64,000 bases of DNA from a virus (taxonomy: Duplodnaviria > Caudoviricetes). The translations under genes were made by a program, and so were the position numbers. The stretch lies in the IMG/VR virus record IMGVR_UViG_3300021255_005860, positions 1 to 64,000 of that record, one strand, 5' to 3'. The notes beneath the pieces are model-generated. The model worked only from the letters and a program-made list of their open reading frames with translations, made no database searches and had not been told where the DNA came from. The first letter of the stretch is position 1, and every line of letters starts with the position of its first letter. Below are positions 49,001 to 57,042 of the stretch, piece after piece.

Positions 49001-50879
49001 GTTAGTAAAGTCCGGCAAAGGCAAAGCTGAACTTACTAAGATAATGAAGAAAAAGCCGTACGCTTCTGTAGGCTACGGTTTAGCTCAATGGACTACTGCT
49101 GACCGTAAGGCAGGGTTAGTATTAAAAGCTCGTAAGAATGGTACTTCTGTTGCCGATCTTAATACTCAGCTTGAGTTCTTAATGGATGAACTTGGGGGTA
49201 AGTATTACAGTAAGGTATGGAAGACATTAACTTCAGCTAAGTCAGTTGAAGAAGCTTCTACGAGTGTACTCAAGGGATTTGAAAGACCTGCTGACATGGG
49301 ACCTGCTACGGTTGCCAAACGTGCAAGTTTCGGTCAAGGGTTCTTCGATCTGTTAGCTAAGGGTGAGAAGAGTGAAGAAGAGCAGGCTAAAGATGCTGAA
49401 GCTTCGCAGCAGGCTGATGCTCAGACTACTGACACCCAAGGACAACAAGGTACTCAGGATAGCGGAAATCTAAGTGGTACAGGTCAACCTGGATATGTTA
49501 CCAACGATGCTCCTGGTAGCACTAGTTCTGGAGTTGGTGAAACATCTTCAAGCAGTGGTGCAGGTGGCGGAGGTAGTGACACAGCTGGTTCTACTGATAC
49601 CCAAAGTGCAGCTGGTGATACTGGCGGCTCAACGGTAGTTGATCCTAAACTGGCCTCAGCTCTTAAAGAGTACGTTGTCCCTAAAGACAAATCAGTTAAC
49701 TTAGAAGGTCTTGATCCTAAATTCAAAGCACGCTTAGCGGCAGCTGCTAAAGACTTTAAGGATCAGACTGGTAAGAAATTACAGATCAACGAAGCAAAAC
49801 GTGATCCTAAACATCAAGCAGAACTATGGGTACGTGGCCGCATCTTACACGAACCTGGTATCCATACTCCGGCCAAACCGCCTGAGAATATGACGATAAC
49901 CTACAAGGGCAAGCAATATAAAGTTCCAGGCTCTGGTAGAAAGAATCAGCATATCCTTGGTGCCGCTGTCGACGTTCCTGCAAGATCAGGTGTAGCTCAA
50001 ACCTTCGAACCATTTGCACGTAAGTACGGCTTAGGTCGTCCGTGGGCTCAGAAGGATCCACCTCACTTCCAGGTCACCGATGCGTCCAAGGGCGTAGGTG
50101 AGTTTGACGGTACAGTTAACGATGCTCCTCCTGTAGATAACAGTAACCCACAGGCTACTGAAGGCACTGTAGCCCAGGAAGGTCAGCAACCAGCAGCAGT
50201 TCAAGCTATGCAGGATCAGCTTAACGCAAAAGCAGATGAAGCGCGTCAAGACAATGCTCCTACAGCTGAACAGCAACAAGCTATTGATAAGCAACAGCAG
50301 GCTCAAGAAGCTGCGCAAGCTGCAGTCGATAAGAGTCTGTCATCTGATTCTACTTCACCTAGTGATAGTAGTACTGCTACTTCATCAGCTGTCTCTTCAT
50401 CTGCAACTGATACAGCATTAACTCAATCAACAGCGCCTCTAGATCTGACTAACCCTGATGTCAATAAGTCAACTATGACTAATACACCATCTCAGACTGG
50501 CAACGTAGGATCTCCAACCGAGGATGCGCATCTTGGGGAATTAAAGATCCAAACCCAGTTATTAACTGAGCTGCGTGATGCTATCAAAGGTTACATCGAA
50601 GGCAAAGCTAAGTCTCCTGAGACTGAAGCTAAACAACCACCAGTAGAGACGGCTCCGATTAAAACAGGACCTACCCCTGAGGAGAGAACTAAATCCTCTG
50701 AGATAGATCAAAATGCGATGGTCAATGCCTTTGCAGATATGTTTAAACCAGGGTCACCAATATTAACTGCTATAGCAAATGTCATAGAAAGTAATAAACC
50801 TTCTTCGGGAGGACCTTCTTCTTCCTATGATACCACACCTGCTATCAATACTAGAAGACAAGCTCCAGCTTACAGCTAG
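40002..50879 (+). CDS. tape-measure-like tail protein with phage lysozyme and M15 peptidase domains (phiKZ gp181-like)
   Basis: 3625 aa; Gly/Ala/Leu-rich segments; GAAGLMGNLRAES...GYGLAQWT...FERP (tail lysozyme); NEAKRD...QH..GAAVDV...DPPHFQ (M15). Confidence 0.85.
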   Translation: MATIDRNDPSNKRSNEFKNKLNPQNLDNRTSHYSDFNFDFEGFDDDKDRSPDSGKKDKFKINWNALGRQSGSAAAHGIAAALANALPKSAEFVQKASDLGTDIGSMKDEVMSNIDPMLAQAKIISNRILPRVEKVLPKNLYDKLSKSLASDVGTGSGYQVPSKDAQRLSHTQDTLNAIFKSEMAMRMDEKRQEAVNRIVDTKVDNIRHGQLLQELDGIRRQSFFQTNFLRSTYMAYLQKDLQLKYQMLYTQQDILTANKLGYQTIGIALEKIRHNTGLPDFVKKRGLEAAKEAIYQKVLGSASEKLTGYGGKILQNIKSKYIDMPLSLLSMGLGMADMSTSMMAMENLSPAERLTNLLASLTGKYVGGKLGKGLSDTLTKEQREQIESFAGNAPTMIPLLLDQIKRTGKIPAELLPLLGGADGNGNILGYLAKFAASNAEPLDFKAKVRDRNKLDPDAEGTITNHFTQAVESIIPGYLRMQTRYLEAIAYGVHPDKVEERTWNPSKGQFDTISGVKRSLRDQLYSSTSATNTLAKSASALMTADMDAADKSKLTANLSRQITDENGNIDYQKTFDTSLLSVAKVMRNIANNPSYTNVTFGSDQMLWLQDYIDGNGRLSEFSDSKEATKWADDLFGSLDNTERLDAAKLLANILGNEQVSSGVRRRMQDDIVSQINNLNRNQQATDKFVRSSGLLEIGAADDLFETTGTGRYTGPNKEYVNLSSKLRGEAQGNIDFDTWKKGVRQGDFSKDYKYDEQGNLVKLTDEEIKERDRKKELAKRVENSSIFKRVTAPFKTIDKGIDKVIEGLLRTSKLADLNRYLASNGVKLAGMESSTKEELVKRVWQWFKSKSYFEYSSENLLRKLIFEDDGNKPIVREDIPAEEIVNILARFPFVFKTLKLIHEAKINDKEICYLVNMILPDRLKIAAELTQNDIDTICRAQDPIKAFENYLNSTKPKETARATEASFVDSDVAAGKDDSVLVTPNSINALKDKIAAANAQSETETTRTDAASHPKVSGATQAESGSIKDEHADASRRATPPPFGGTGTSLNLGSTNKLLQMQVDIQNKILDILESKGVPTYSAEEAAQIDEEATPSDINSKGRFGAKLKNLSRTIRDRIKNSNFAKGIGGLGKFGFGAIKGSAGLLSKLGTFGTRVGGAGLDALGSLASMGAAGLRGLAPLAGSLAEGAGKLGAVGMRAASAAVTSLFGPAGLLLTGGAKLLGKGVGVLFGTDQNPYIDVFVKDVEGNFDPKTPRIKGIKIKEGVDDEEKAEYFTTDGKILKSAYDIKGAIYSRDGKTCFISEDEVARICDASGKKLIKGGLLGRIVGAGAGLVGGLIKGVLGGAKGLLGFTGRLLSGGFDLTKGIFKLPARALGGVTKLFGTIFGGAFKFAGIAGREDLQSIVGDKLEDLYIMLHDGTYSAPSAKGVAGDTDGDGTREGSYEEFKKKRDARDAARKAQREADAKEKAKGTKSDKAGGGGFLSKLLGLFGKKDEDDEEGGGFFSNLLGTALGSKLGGLGTKLGGGIRALGGLLGRGGAALGAAAKTGLGALASGFTSTGVGSAIASGLGTAGAAIMGGLGTAGTAIAGGLGTAGTAVGSAALSGLGAIGTGLGTAATFLVSNPIGWAISAGLALYGGYKLISWMMEDSDTVTRWKDCRYSLYGADPNNEDMREALDDLEDDVLDILFEGDDELDAEDLEKHARALGFIKKEGFVSKAMRLASYANPLGWAARAGKALGGLFSDKKKESKKWDNPKTESEWRMNFFNTWYATRMRTVFKLYCDIVKKYTPQEDPNEKPDPDDIDSTFEPQAFSEFERMGKELISKDDISKFAPTEEAYQEWRQQMEEKQMAGQDLSGELGAGSAALAGMGVSLDTEKDLNGNALPQKSLTDKLIGASKWLGPVGWIVNGLFGNDDTNVDLHWKSLRYTSYGAEYEKHNRILEDMEDDCRDYFLDGDDLPDDDDIAEYAEQFGLIAHTGLSSVFSGGLAINLARRSRETDEGRNGRLRYFKQWFHDRFLPMFSLYLKVAQQACKCEPDEEPDVNDIPAMYQKESLEAYKKAIDEALGQKPEIKDLLPTEEGYLKWQKKKDEEKAARRGAPTGAAAGVLAASGARDYGIQRAHTVDTIKSTLKWLGPVGWLANGILNMFNDTEREARWKEVKDLLYGVDMTQYASTLEEIEEDVFDMITDGDTIDDKTILRWMFEFGISEAFDGGTVGSLFEGNDAKKARDNALAYGRAWLLKRFKPIFMIYCRTIQQACKEEYDWFPDVEAIPEMIHEEVIEAVEDQGFKYLNSHPEVQKLIPTQKDFEAWVKEKETKSEEMKKQGLNPDGTKITEEQKAKEAEDERWNNLTLGEKASEIMAKTAAKLNPINIASSVVSWLFGEGADEEWRKIRFNGYGLTDEDIDEYGDIVDDLEQEVHAVICKRRGPIFDKELTNWAEKFDLIDSGFLGFIGGDSDETAGKKLQYFRKWFELRFLPIFQAFSDIVHQASHDPITSFPTPDNIEETNRAAALEQFKKAIASICTDDVKKLKPLIDGFEALEKGVELEQNKVKDEPSTNPIQQQAQQLNETTTEEEVAEEQPKSAFDIAKDTVVNEAKDEIPLDEALRTVKAEVNKAKEKGLFGGLKSLFAWITGESQTDNRLQDAFYKYIGIDPKTFRHFGSLRDLMDDYLEVLKAERDPLSDQEIEDYCARFDLINRGFLHIFGISGTGMNNKILQDRNEFFRAWVLCRFAPVYATYVHVINVYSPKGDNEELTATEPTDVPEDKLENALKAFETLAAQDLKEAQYADQLEPTEEGYRKWYDIIHKGETDEEVAKQDDKPSTPEEFGKMFANTPEGKKALPGGGPIADLLRRMGILKEEKTATPKEEAQKEDESFLTKVKNFFSNPIDTVKDTFTSGVNALTSLFSSDDENEQEGGSTTPSSSGSGGGSGGGGAIAPVKVPDGDMQTNARAIWKFLLDRGLTPEGAAGLMGNLRAESTLRANIVQRGMGHTDDGFTQLLDELVKSGKGKAELTKIMKKKPYASVGYGLAQWTTADRKAGLVLKARKNGTSVADLNTQLEFLMDELGGKYYSKVWKTLTSAKSVEEASTSVLKGFERPADMGPATVAKRASFGQGFFDLLAKGEKSEEEQAKDAEASQQADAQTTDTQGQQGTQDSGNLSGTGQPGYVTNDAPGSTSSGVGETSSSSGAGGGGSDTAGSTDTQSAAGDTGGSTVVDPKLASALKEYVVPKDKSVNLEGLDPKFKARLAAAAKDFKDQTGKKLQINEAKRDPKHQAELWVRGRILHEPGIHTPAKPPENMTITYKGKQYKVPGSGRKNQHILGAAVDVPARSGVAQTFEPFARKYGLGRPWAQKDPPHFQVTDASKGVGEFDGTVNDAPPVDNSNPQATEGTVAQEGQQPAAVQAMQDQLNAKADEARQDNAPTAEQQQAIDKQQQAQEAAQAAVDKSLSSDSTSPSDSSTATSSAVSSSATDTALTQSTAPLDLTNPDVNKSTMTNTPSQTGNVGSPTEDAHLGELKIQTQLLTELRDAIKGYIEGKAKSPETEAKQPPVETAPIKTGPTPEERTKSSEIDQNAMVNAFADMFKPGSPILTAIANVIESNKPSSGGPSSSYDTTPAINTRRQAPAYS

Positions 50880-50976
50880 ATAAGTCTATAACGATCAGGT
50901 ATCCTCGGAAGGGGATACCTGGTCTACTATCTTTTAAAACATTCGATAGCTCTGTATCGATACAACGAGGTTATAT

Positions 50977-52941
50977 ATGCCTGGTCAAAGACAAAAAGTT
51001 TTAAGAGATGCCGACACCAAATGGGGTCGTGTACCTTATCAAGTTACATTAGGTGAACAGTTCAGTTCACCTCGCATGATCTATGAAAATGCCTTGAATT
51101 CTTGGGGTGAAAGATCAGGCGGTAATGAATCTGGTAAAACTGCTATCAACGGTGGTCTAGGTCAATTTTCAGGTATTCATACTGCTCTATTAACTCACTC
51201 TTATCAAGATACTCGTGTAGGTGCTAATGATGCAGTCAACTGCCTATGGCAATTTAACCGTGATGATGACATCGTACATCCAAGTTTAATTACTGGTGCA
51301 CATACTGTATATGCTAATAGTTCAGATAATACTGAATCAAGCTACGGTGAGGGTCGTGTATATGCATCTACTACCCAGATGAATCAATCAGTAGCTTATC
51401 TATCCTTTGGCATTCCTCAATACTCAGATGTAGGTAAATTCTTAGCTAATGCTATCAATGAAGATATGTCTCAGTACAACGCTATTGGCAGTAGTAAGGG
51501 CTTTAAGTTAGGTCAGTTATTTGGTGCTTTAGGTATATTAGCATTTCCTATCGTTTTCGTACCTTTAAAATTATTTCAAATAGCATCTAAACTTGCCACT
51601 ACTACTCATGTAAATAGATTCTATGACTTCAAGCGTCAGATGCACGCTTATTACACTTACGTAGATAGTATCTGCGCTCAATGGTTAGTTGCAACTGGAT
51701 TATACGGTGAAGCTGAATCTAAAACTCAAGGTTCTGGATGGTTCTCTAATCTGATGGGAGCTATGATACCAGGTTTTACTATGAGTAATGATGCGCTGCC
51801 ACTGGCACTACGTATCAACGGACCTAGTATATTTGATATGCTAACTCTAAAAGCCCGTAATCTTGGATATAAAGAGGGATGGTTCTCTGATGGTGCTAAA
51901 AATGTCCAAGAGCAGTTAGATAGGATCAACGAAAATGTATCTAGCAGCGTAGGTTCTGAAAACGAAACTTACTCAACTGCTTATCCATCCTGGTCTGGTG
52001 AAAACTTAGTAGTTAAAGAAGATACTTCTTTTAGTGCAGTACTTAAAAATACTGCAGCAGGTGCTACTCAGTTCGTAGGATTTAGAATCGAGAAGGGTGT
52101 CAGCGCTAGTGAATCTTTTGATAACCAAGCAGGTCCATCTACTTTAGCTGAGAAGATCAACTCTAAGATCCAGGAGACTAAAGATAGTGCATTAACTAAA
52201 GCTGCAGGTATTGATCAATCGCAACAAGGAACGATAAGTAATATAGCTAACTTTTTATCTGGTATTACTTCTACTATTGCATCCTTTGTAGGTTTAGGTG
52301 AAGCTATGTCAGCTGTAACCTGTGGTGCGTATGTAGATATCCCAGATGAGTATAAAAGCTCTAGCTTTAATAAGTCGCATAGCTTATCTTTCCAGTTACG
52401 TGCTCCTTATGGAGATGTAGTTACTATCTATCAGACGATTATTGTACCTATGGCTCTGATACTCGCAGGTGCTCTCCCAAGAGCTGCAGGTCCTAATTCT
52501 TATCAGCAGCCATTTATTTGCCAAGCCTACTGCAAAGGTATCTTCTCAGTACCTATGGGATTAATTGAATCAGTATCTCTAGAACGTGGTAGCTCTGAGT
52601 TTGGCTGGACTTATAAGAATCTTCCTACTACTGTTAATATCAACATCAGTATCAAGGATCTCTCTCCTATAATGTACATGACCATGAGAGGTAGTTCTAT
52701 TTCAGATTTGATCTCCTCTGACAATAGCTCCTTTGATGAGTACTTAAATACTCTAGCAGGTGTTGGGTTATTTGAAAGATTATCAGGTTTAAATCAGTTA
52801 CGTCGTAATACAGAACTTGCCATGCATACTCTTAGAAATAAATACTTCAACCCTAACTATTGGGCATCCGACTTAGGTGGTTCTGGCATAGCCCAAGCTA
52901 TAGGTCAGATCTTTATGGACAATAAGATTCCACGTAATTAA
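50977..52941 (+). CDS. tail/baseplate structural protein (phiKZ gp182-like)
   Basis: 654 aa; NDAVNCLWQF..DDDI, SLSFQLRAPYG, MGLIESVSLERG, ISIKDLSP; directly follows the gp181-like gene. Confidence 0.75.
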   Translation: MPGQRQKVLRDADTKWGRVPYQVTLGEQFSSPRMIYENALNSWGERSGGNESGKTAINGGLGQFSGIHTALLTHSYQDTRVGANDAVNCLWQFNRDDDIVHPSLITGAHTVYANSSDNTESSYGEGRVYASTTQMNQSVAYLSFGIPQYSDVGKFLANAINEDMSQYNAIGSSKGFKLGQLFGALGILAFPIVFVPLKLFQIASKLATTTHVNRFYDFKRQMHAYYTYVDSICAQWLVATGLYGEAESKTQGSGWFSNLMGAMIPGFTMSNDALPLALRINGPSIFDMLTLKARNLGYKEGWFSDGAKNVQEQLDRINENVSSSVGSENETYSTAYPSWSGENLVVKEDTSFSAVLKNTAAGATQFVGFRIEKGVSASESFDNQAGPSTLAEKINSKIQETKDSALTKAAGIDQSQQGTISNIANFLSGITSTIASFVGLGEAMSAVTCGAYVDIPDEYKSSSFNKSHSLSFQLRAPYGDVVTIYQTIIVPMALILAGALPRAAGPNSYQQPFICQAYCKGIFSVPMGLIESVSLERGSSEFGWTYKNLPTTVNINISIKDLSPIMYMTMRGSSISDLISSDNSSFDEYLNTLAGVGLFERLSGLNQLRRNTELAMHTLRNKYFNPNYWASDLGGSGIAQAIGQIFMDNKIPRN

Positions 52942-52989
52942 TATATCTAACTCCTAGGTTACCATTAAGGTAACCTAGGAGTCTATCTT

Positions 52990-54453
52990 TTACCAACCTT
53001 TCCAAGCATTAGATTTGACTGAAGATCCCATATATTTCTCTAGGATCTGATTAGTAAGTTTCTGCTCTTTCTCCTCAGGTGACATCCCAGGTCTCTTTCT
53101 AATCTGGTTAGCTGCATCCTCATAGTTAGATAAGATATGCAGAAGATCTGAAACTAAAGTATCTAATGCCTGATATGCAGTATTCTCAGCTAACATTAAG
53201 AAGTCTAATCTCAGTAACTGGACCTTAGCCTTCTCATCATTTTTAGCAACTGCTTCTTTAAGCTTAGTAAGTAATGCTTCATTATCAGATTTCATTTTCT
53301 TTATCATCTTAGGATCCAATACTTGACCTAGATGACCTAAGTATTCAACACATCCGAAAATGTTTCTAGGAGTAAATCCCAAATCTATTATGGAATCACG
53401 AGCATGTTTACTATTAAACTCAGTTAAATTGGCTCTATTGGATTTAAGATCAATGTTGATGCCTACTGATTCAAATGCTCGCATGATATTGTTTAAATCC
53501 GAAGTTATGACTTCTGAAGAGTCATCTGCAACTAATTGAGTGCCACGCAGTAGTGTCGAAATAATATCAGCCATAGCCTTAGCGCAATCAGTCCACACAT
53601 CCTGAGGAAAAGATATAGCTTTCTGTCGAGCTAGATATTCTTCATCGATCTTATCTATTATCTTAGATAATTTCTTCTCCCAAAATTTCTGGATCTTAGT
53701 CATGTTACCAACAGAACGCATGGAGTGATCTCTGATATTAGCCCAGGCTGATTTACCTACTTTAATTAGTTTCTTGAAAAGATCAACACCGGCACCTATA
53801 CCTTCTGCTACATCATCAGTAAATGCTTCTTGAGCTGCTTTTAATCTTAGTAATTCAGCTCTAAGTTCTGGTAGCTGAGTTTCATCTTGGTTAGGTTCAC
53901 CGCCTTGATTCTCCTCAGGTGTCTCTTCACCTCCACCAAGATCGTCTCCCATATCACCGCCAAAATCATTTCCACCCATGTCACCAAAATCATCACCAGT
54001 ATCGCCACCGCCTTCAACGGCTTCTTCTTTCTTCTCGTCAAACTCCTTAGAGCCTGGTTCTTCTGACTCTTCATCTGGACCTATTTCGGCGTCTATGATG
54101 GCAGCATCAGCGGCATCGGCGCAACTAGGGCAAGAAGCAGGAGTGTCGCTATTAGTGCCGTCACCATAAGTAAATCTAGGAAGGAATCTAAGGTATAGTA
54201 AAAAACGGGGCGACGCCACATCCAACTCTTCATCTGTGAACGCATCCGCCGACATTTCCTCACTATCATTTTCAGATAATAAGTCTTGATCCTCAGCAGA
54301 CTCTGTCTCCTCTGCTTTGGATTCTTCTTCCACATTTTCAGTAGCCTCCTCGGCTTCTTCTAATTCTTCTTTATCCGTTTTAATGGGCTGCTGTTCAGTT
54401 ACAGGAAGGATCGATTCATCCTCTCCTGGTAAAAATTCTAATATAGACGCCAT
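52990..54453 (-). CDS. putative internal head protein with acidic N-terminal propeptide
   Basis: Very acidic N-terminal half ending at AAQEAF (AxE-type prohead-protease site), followed by a helical domain. Confidence 0.55.
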   Translation of the reverse strand: MASILEFLPGEDESILPVTEQQPIKTDKEELEEAEEATENVEEESKAEETESAEDQDLLSENDSEEMSADAFTDEELDVASPRFLLYLRFLPRFTYGDGTNSDTPASCPSCADAADAAIIDAEIGPDEESEEPGSKEFDEKKEEAVEGGGDTGDDFGDMGGNDFGGDMGDDLGGGEETPEENQGGEPNQDETQLPELRAELLRLKAAQEAFTDDVAEGIGAGVDLFKKLIKVGKSAWANIRDHSMRSVGNMTKIQKFWEKKLSKIIDKIDEEYLARQKAISFPQDVWTDCAKAMADIISTLLRGTQLVADDSSEVITSDLNNIMRAFESVGINIDLKSNRANLTEFNSKHARDSIIDLGFTPRNIFGCVEYLGHLGQVLDPKMIKKMKSDNEALLTKLKEAVAKNDEKAKVQLLRLDFLMLAENTAYQALDTLVSDLLHILSNYEDAANQIRKRPGMSPEEKEQKLTNQILEKYMGSSVKSNAWKGW

Positions 54454-54540
54454 AGATCTTTTGAACCTCGTATTCCTCGTACTGATGGGTTAGGTCATAT
54501 GATGACTTAGGTAGGGACGCCTACCTTAGATGTAACCTTA

Positions 54541-54738
54541 ATGAGGAATTCCCATATGACACAGACAAAAGAGCAGATATGTCGTAATGTGATCAATTAC
54601 TGCATCTGCCTAGATTTAGCCAGAGCTTCTATAAGTCAGGTTGATAACACTAAGAAGTCTGACAAATTCAAAGTAACTAATGCTATTTATGAACAAGTTA
54701 CTTCCAATATCAAGAAACAGGCAGAACTGTCAAAATAA
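54541..54738 (+). CDS. small hypothetical protein
   Basis: 65 aa; GAGG before MTQTK. Confidence 0.5.
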   Translation: MRNSHMTQTKEQICRNVINYCICLDLARASISQVDNTKKSDKFKVTNAIYEQVTSNIKKQAELSK

Positions 54739-54754
54739 AAGGTAGGATCAAATC

Positions 54755-56290
54755 ATGAGTGATATTCGTAATTATGATAGCACTGTCTATACCCCACTTC
54801 TAGTAGAGGATCTTAATAGTTTAGTTGATTTTACCTTCAATGCTAAACTCCCTGAGATCAGTGCCTCTACTAATTCTATTGTGGATATCGTTTTATCTTC
54901 TATAGATGCAAGCAAACTTACCTCTGATAGTGCCTTAGTAACTGAAGTTGTAAATCGCTACAATGCTTTAAAGCAGGATGATACTTGTTCAGCTATCTTT
55001 GAAGATCTCAATGTAGCTGCTAATGCTTTTGCATCCAAACTACGTGAGAGCTACAAAGAGTTGTCAGATGTAGTCTATCCTGAGATGCAGTCACTTAAGA
55101 GTGCTATCAATGAGACTACTGAAAAACTCTTACGTCGTGATGGCATGGAAGCTTTAGTTGCACCTAACTCTGATATAACTCCTCAGTTTAAAACTATCAA
55201 CTGGGATGAGATGATCAATATGCAAGGTGGTATAGAAGCTTTAGAGGAAGTCTTTGACTCTGTCAATAACTTCAAAGGCGGTTTTACCATCAACTCAGTT
55301 AGAAGTGCTTTAAACAGCGGCAAGTATGATATCGAATCTCTTCAGTTAGGCTCTGAAGCCTTACGTGATATGAAGATGAGATTTAATGAATCCCTAACTG
55401 CTACTAAGCAGTATGACGAATTAGATGTAGAAAGATTCATAGGTATTTTAACATCTAAATATGAGTTCCGTAAATTAACTGATACTCTGCGTCACTTGAT
55501 CGATTCTAACAACGTAGTTGCTGATATCAATACTACTTGCGGTATGCTCTCTAAGCTCTCAGGTATGGTACCTGTAGCCAAAGCTACTCCACTTAACGTC
55601 TCATCAAGAATACGTGATGAAATTGATCACAATCTAAAAGTTCTAAGTAATACCATCTCCTTAGCAGCCTATGAGCTACAAGCAACTCGTATTTTATACG
55701 AGAACTCATTGATTATAGGTAAGCACACTTTAAACGGTGACAACGTATTGAACTTTACTCGTGAAGGTGGCAGATTAGAAGATATCGCCCACTTTTTACA
55801 GTTCAGAGATGATGTCCCATTTGGTGGTATCAGTGGTCAGGAAGTACTAGACAATCGTGAAAAAATCAATCAACTTCTAAAAGATCAGAATACTGAACAC
55901 TTCAAAAATGCTGATAGAATCAAAGCTGACTATCAGACTAAAGCTGCCAAGTTAGTATTTGAAGATTACATCAAGAGAACTCCTAAGAAGGATATCCCTG
56001 AAGGGTTAAATCTTAATGAATTCATGGATCAGTGTTTACCTATTATCAATTCTGAGATTAAGAGATTAAATTCAGATGGCGATAATAACATTGAAAGCAT
56101 GATTAATAATGTTATCTTCAAGGTACATTACCACGACAGTATAGTTAGAAGAATTCACGCTATGCTAGGTGAAGCCTTTGTCAATCATTCACATGCCTCT
56201 GAGAAATTAACTGATGAGGATTTAAACATGATGGATGTTGATACTGGTTGTAGAATAGCAGGTGAGTTCATTGCAACTAGATTGATTTAA
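54755..56290 (+). CDS. putative virion structural protein
   Basis: 511 aa helical ORF in the structural module. Confidence 0.65.
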   Translation: MSDIRNYDSTVYTPLLVEDLNSLVDFTFNAKLPEISASTNSIVDIVLSSIDASKLTSDSALVTEVVNRYNALKQDDTCSAIFEDLNVAANAFASKLRESYKELSDVVYPEMQSLKSAINETTEKLLRRDGMEALVAPNSDITPQFKTINWDEMINMQGGIEALEEVFDSVNNFKGGFTINSVRSALNSGKYDIESLQLGSEALRDMKMRFNESLTATKQYDELDVERFIGILTSKYEFRKLTDTLRHLIDSNNVVADINTTCGMLSKLSGMVPVAKATPLNVSSRIRDEIDHNLKVLSNTISLAAYELQATRILYENSLIIGKHTLNGDNVLNFTREGGRLEDIAHFLQFRDDVPFGGISGQEVLDNREKINQLLKDQNTEHFKNADRIKADYQTKAAKLVFEDYIKRTPKKDIPEGLNLNEFMDQCLPIINSEIKRLNSDGDNNIESMINNVIFKVHYHDSIVRRIHAMLGEAFVNHSHASEKLTDEDLNMMDVDTGCRIAGEFIATRLI

Positions 56291-56349
56291 CGGTTACCAA
56301 CTTTGATAGTAGGAGATACTAGTCTTACGACTAGTATCTCCCTTTTTCT

Positions 56350-56958
56350 TTATTTACGATAATTACGATCCAATTTAACACTAGCCCAGGTAGTCAAATC
56401 ATCTGACCCGAAAATAGTACGAATCATTTCAAGTGACAGATTATTTTTATTAGCATTACCTGCTGCAAGTTTCATCATTAACTCGTAGAACACTCTAAGT
56501 TTAACGTTTTCAGTAGGCGCTAGATCCTGAGTACCCTGCAGTGCGTTAATAGGATTTAAAAATTCTGCTCTCTTGTATTTAACAAAGAAATCGTAGATAG
56601 TATCCAAAATGATCTTCTTAGGCATCTTTAATACTAACTTTAAGATAGCATGCAGAGCATTAGCCTTCTTCTTAGAACCTATAGGTGCATTCAAGAAGAT
56701 ATCTAAAAAGTTCTTAACTGAATCTAAAGCGGATTCATCTTTAGAACGGATGATTCTAGCTTTAGGTTTAACAGGTTGAACTTTAGGTGCTACTACTTCC
56801 TCTTTATGAGGTAAGTTGTCACTAGTAGGTTTCTCTTCTTTAGCAGGTTCAGGCTCTTCTGTAGAAGTTGTCTGCGCATCCTGCTTCTTCTCTTCTTCAG
56901 CTTGAGCTAACAGATCTTTAGATAGCTCACTGATGGAAATGGTATTTTTATTCGACAT
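56350..56958 (-). CDS. hypothetical (probable virion) protein
   Basis: GGAG then MSNKN; charged linker plus helical domain. Confidence 0.65.
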   Translation of the reverse strand: MSNKNTISISELSKDLLAQAEEEKKQDAQTTSTEEPEPAKEEKPTSDNLPHKEEVVAPKVQPVKPKARIIRSKDESALDSVKNFLDIFLNAPIGSKKKANALHAILKLVLKMPKKIILDTIYDFFVKYKRAEFLNPINALQGTQDLAPTENVKLRVFYELMMKLAAGNANKNNLSLEMIRTIFGSDDLTTWASVKLDRNYRK

Positions 56959-57042
56959 CGAAAACTCCATATATAGAAGTTGGTTGAAACGTTTCATCTC
57001 ATGATGCAAGGATAGGGTAGAACTACTACCCTATCTTGTACA

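Noticed and set aside
40097-50421. Short antisense or alternative-frame ORFs within the tape-measure and other large genes
   Set aside because: Shadow ORFs arising from codon bias of the host gene
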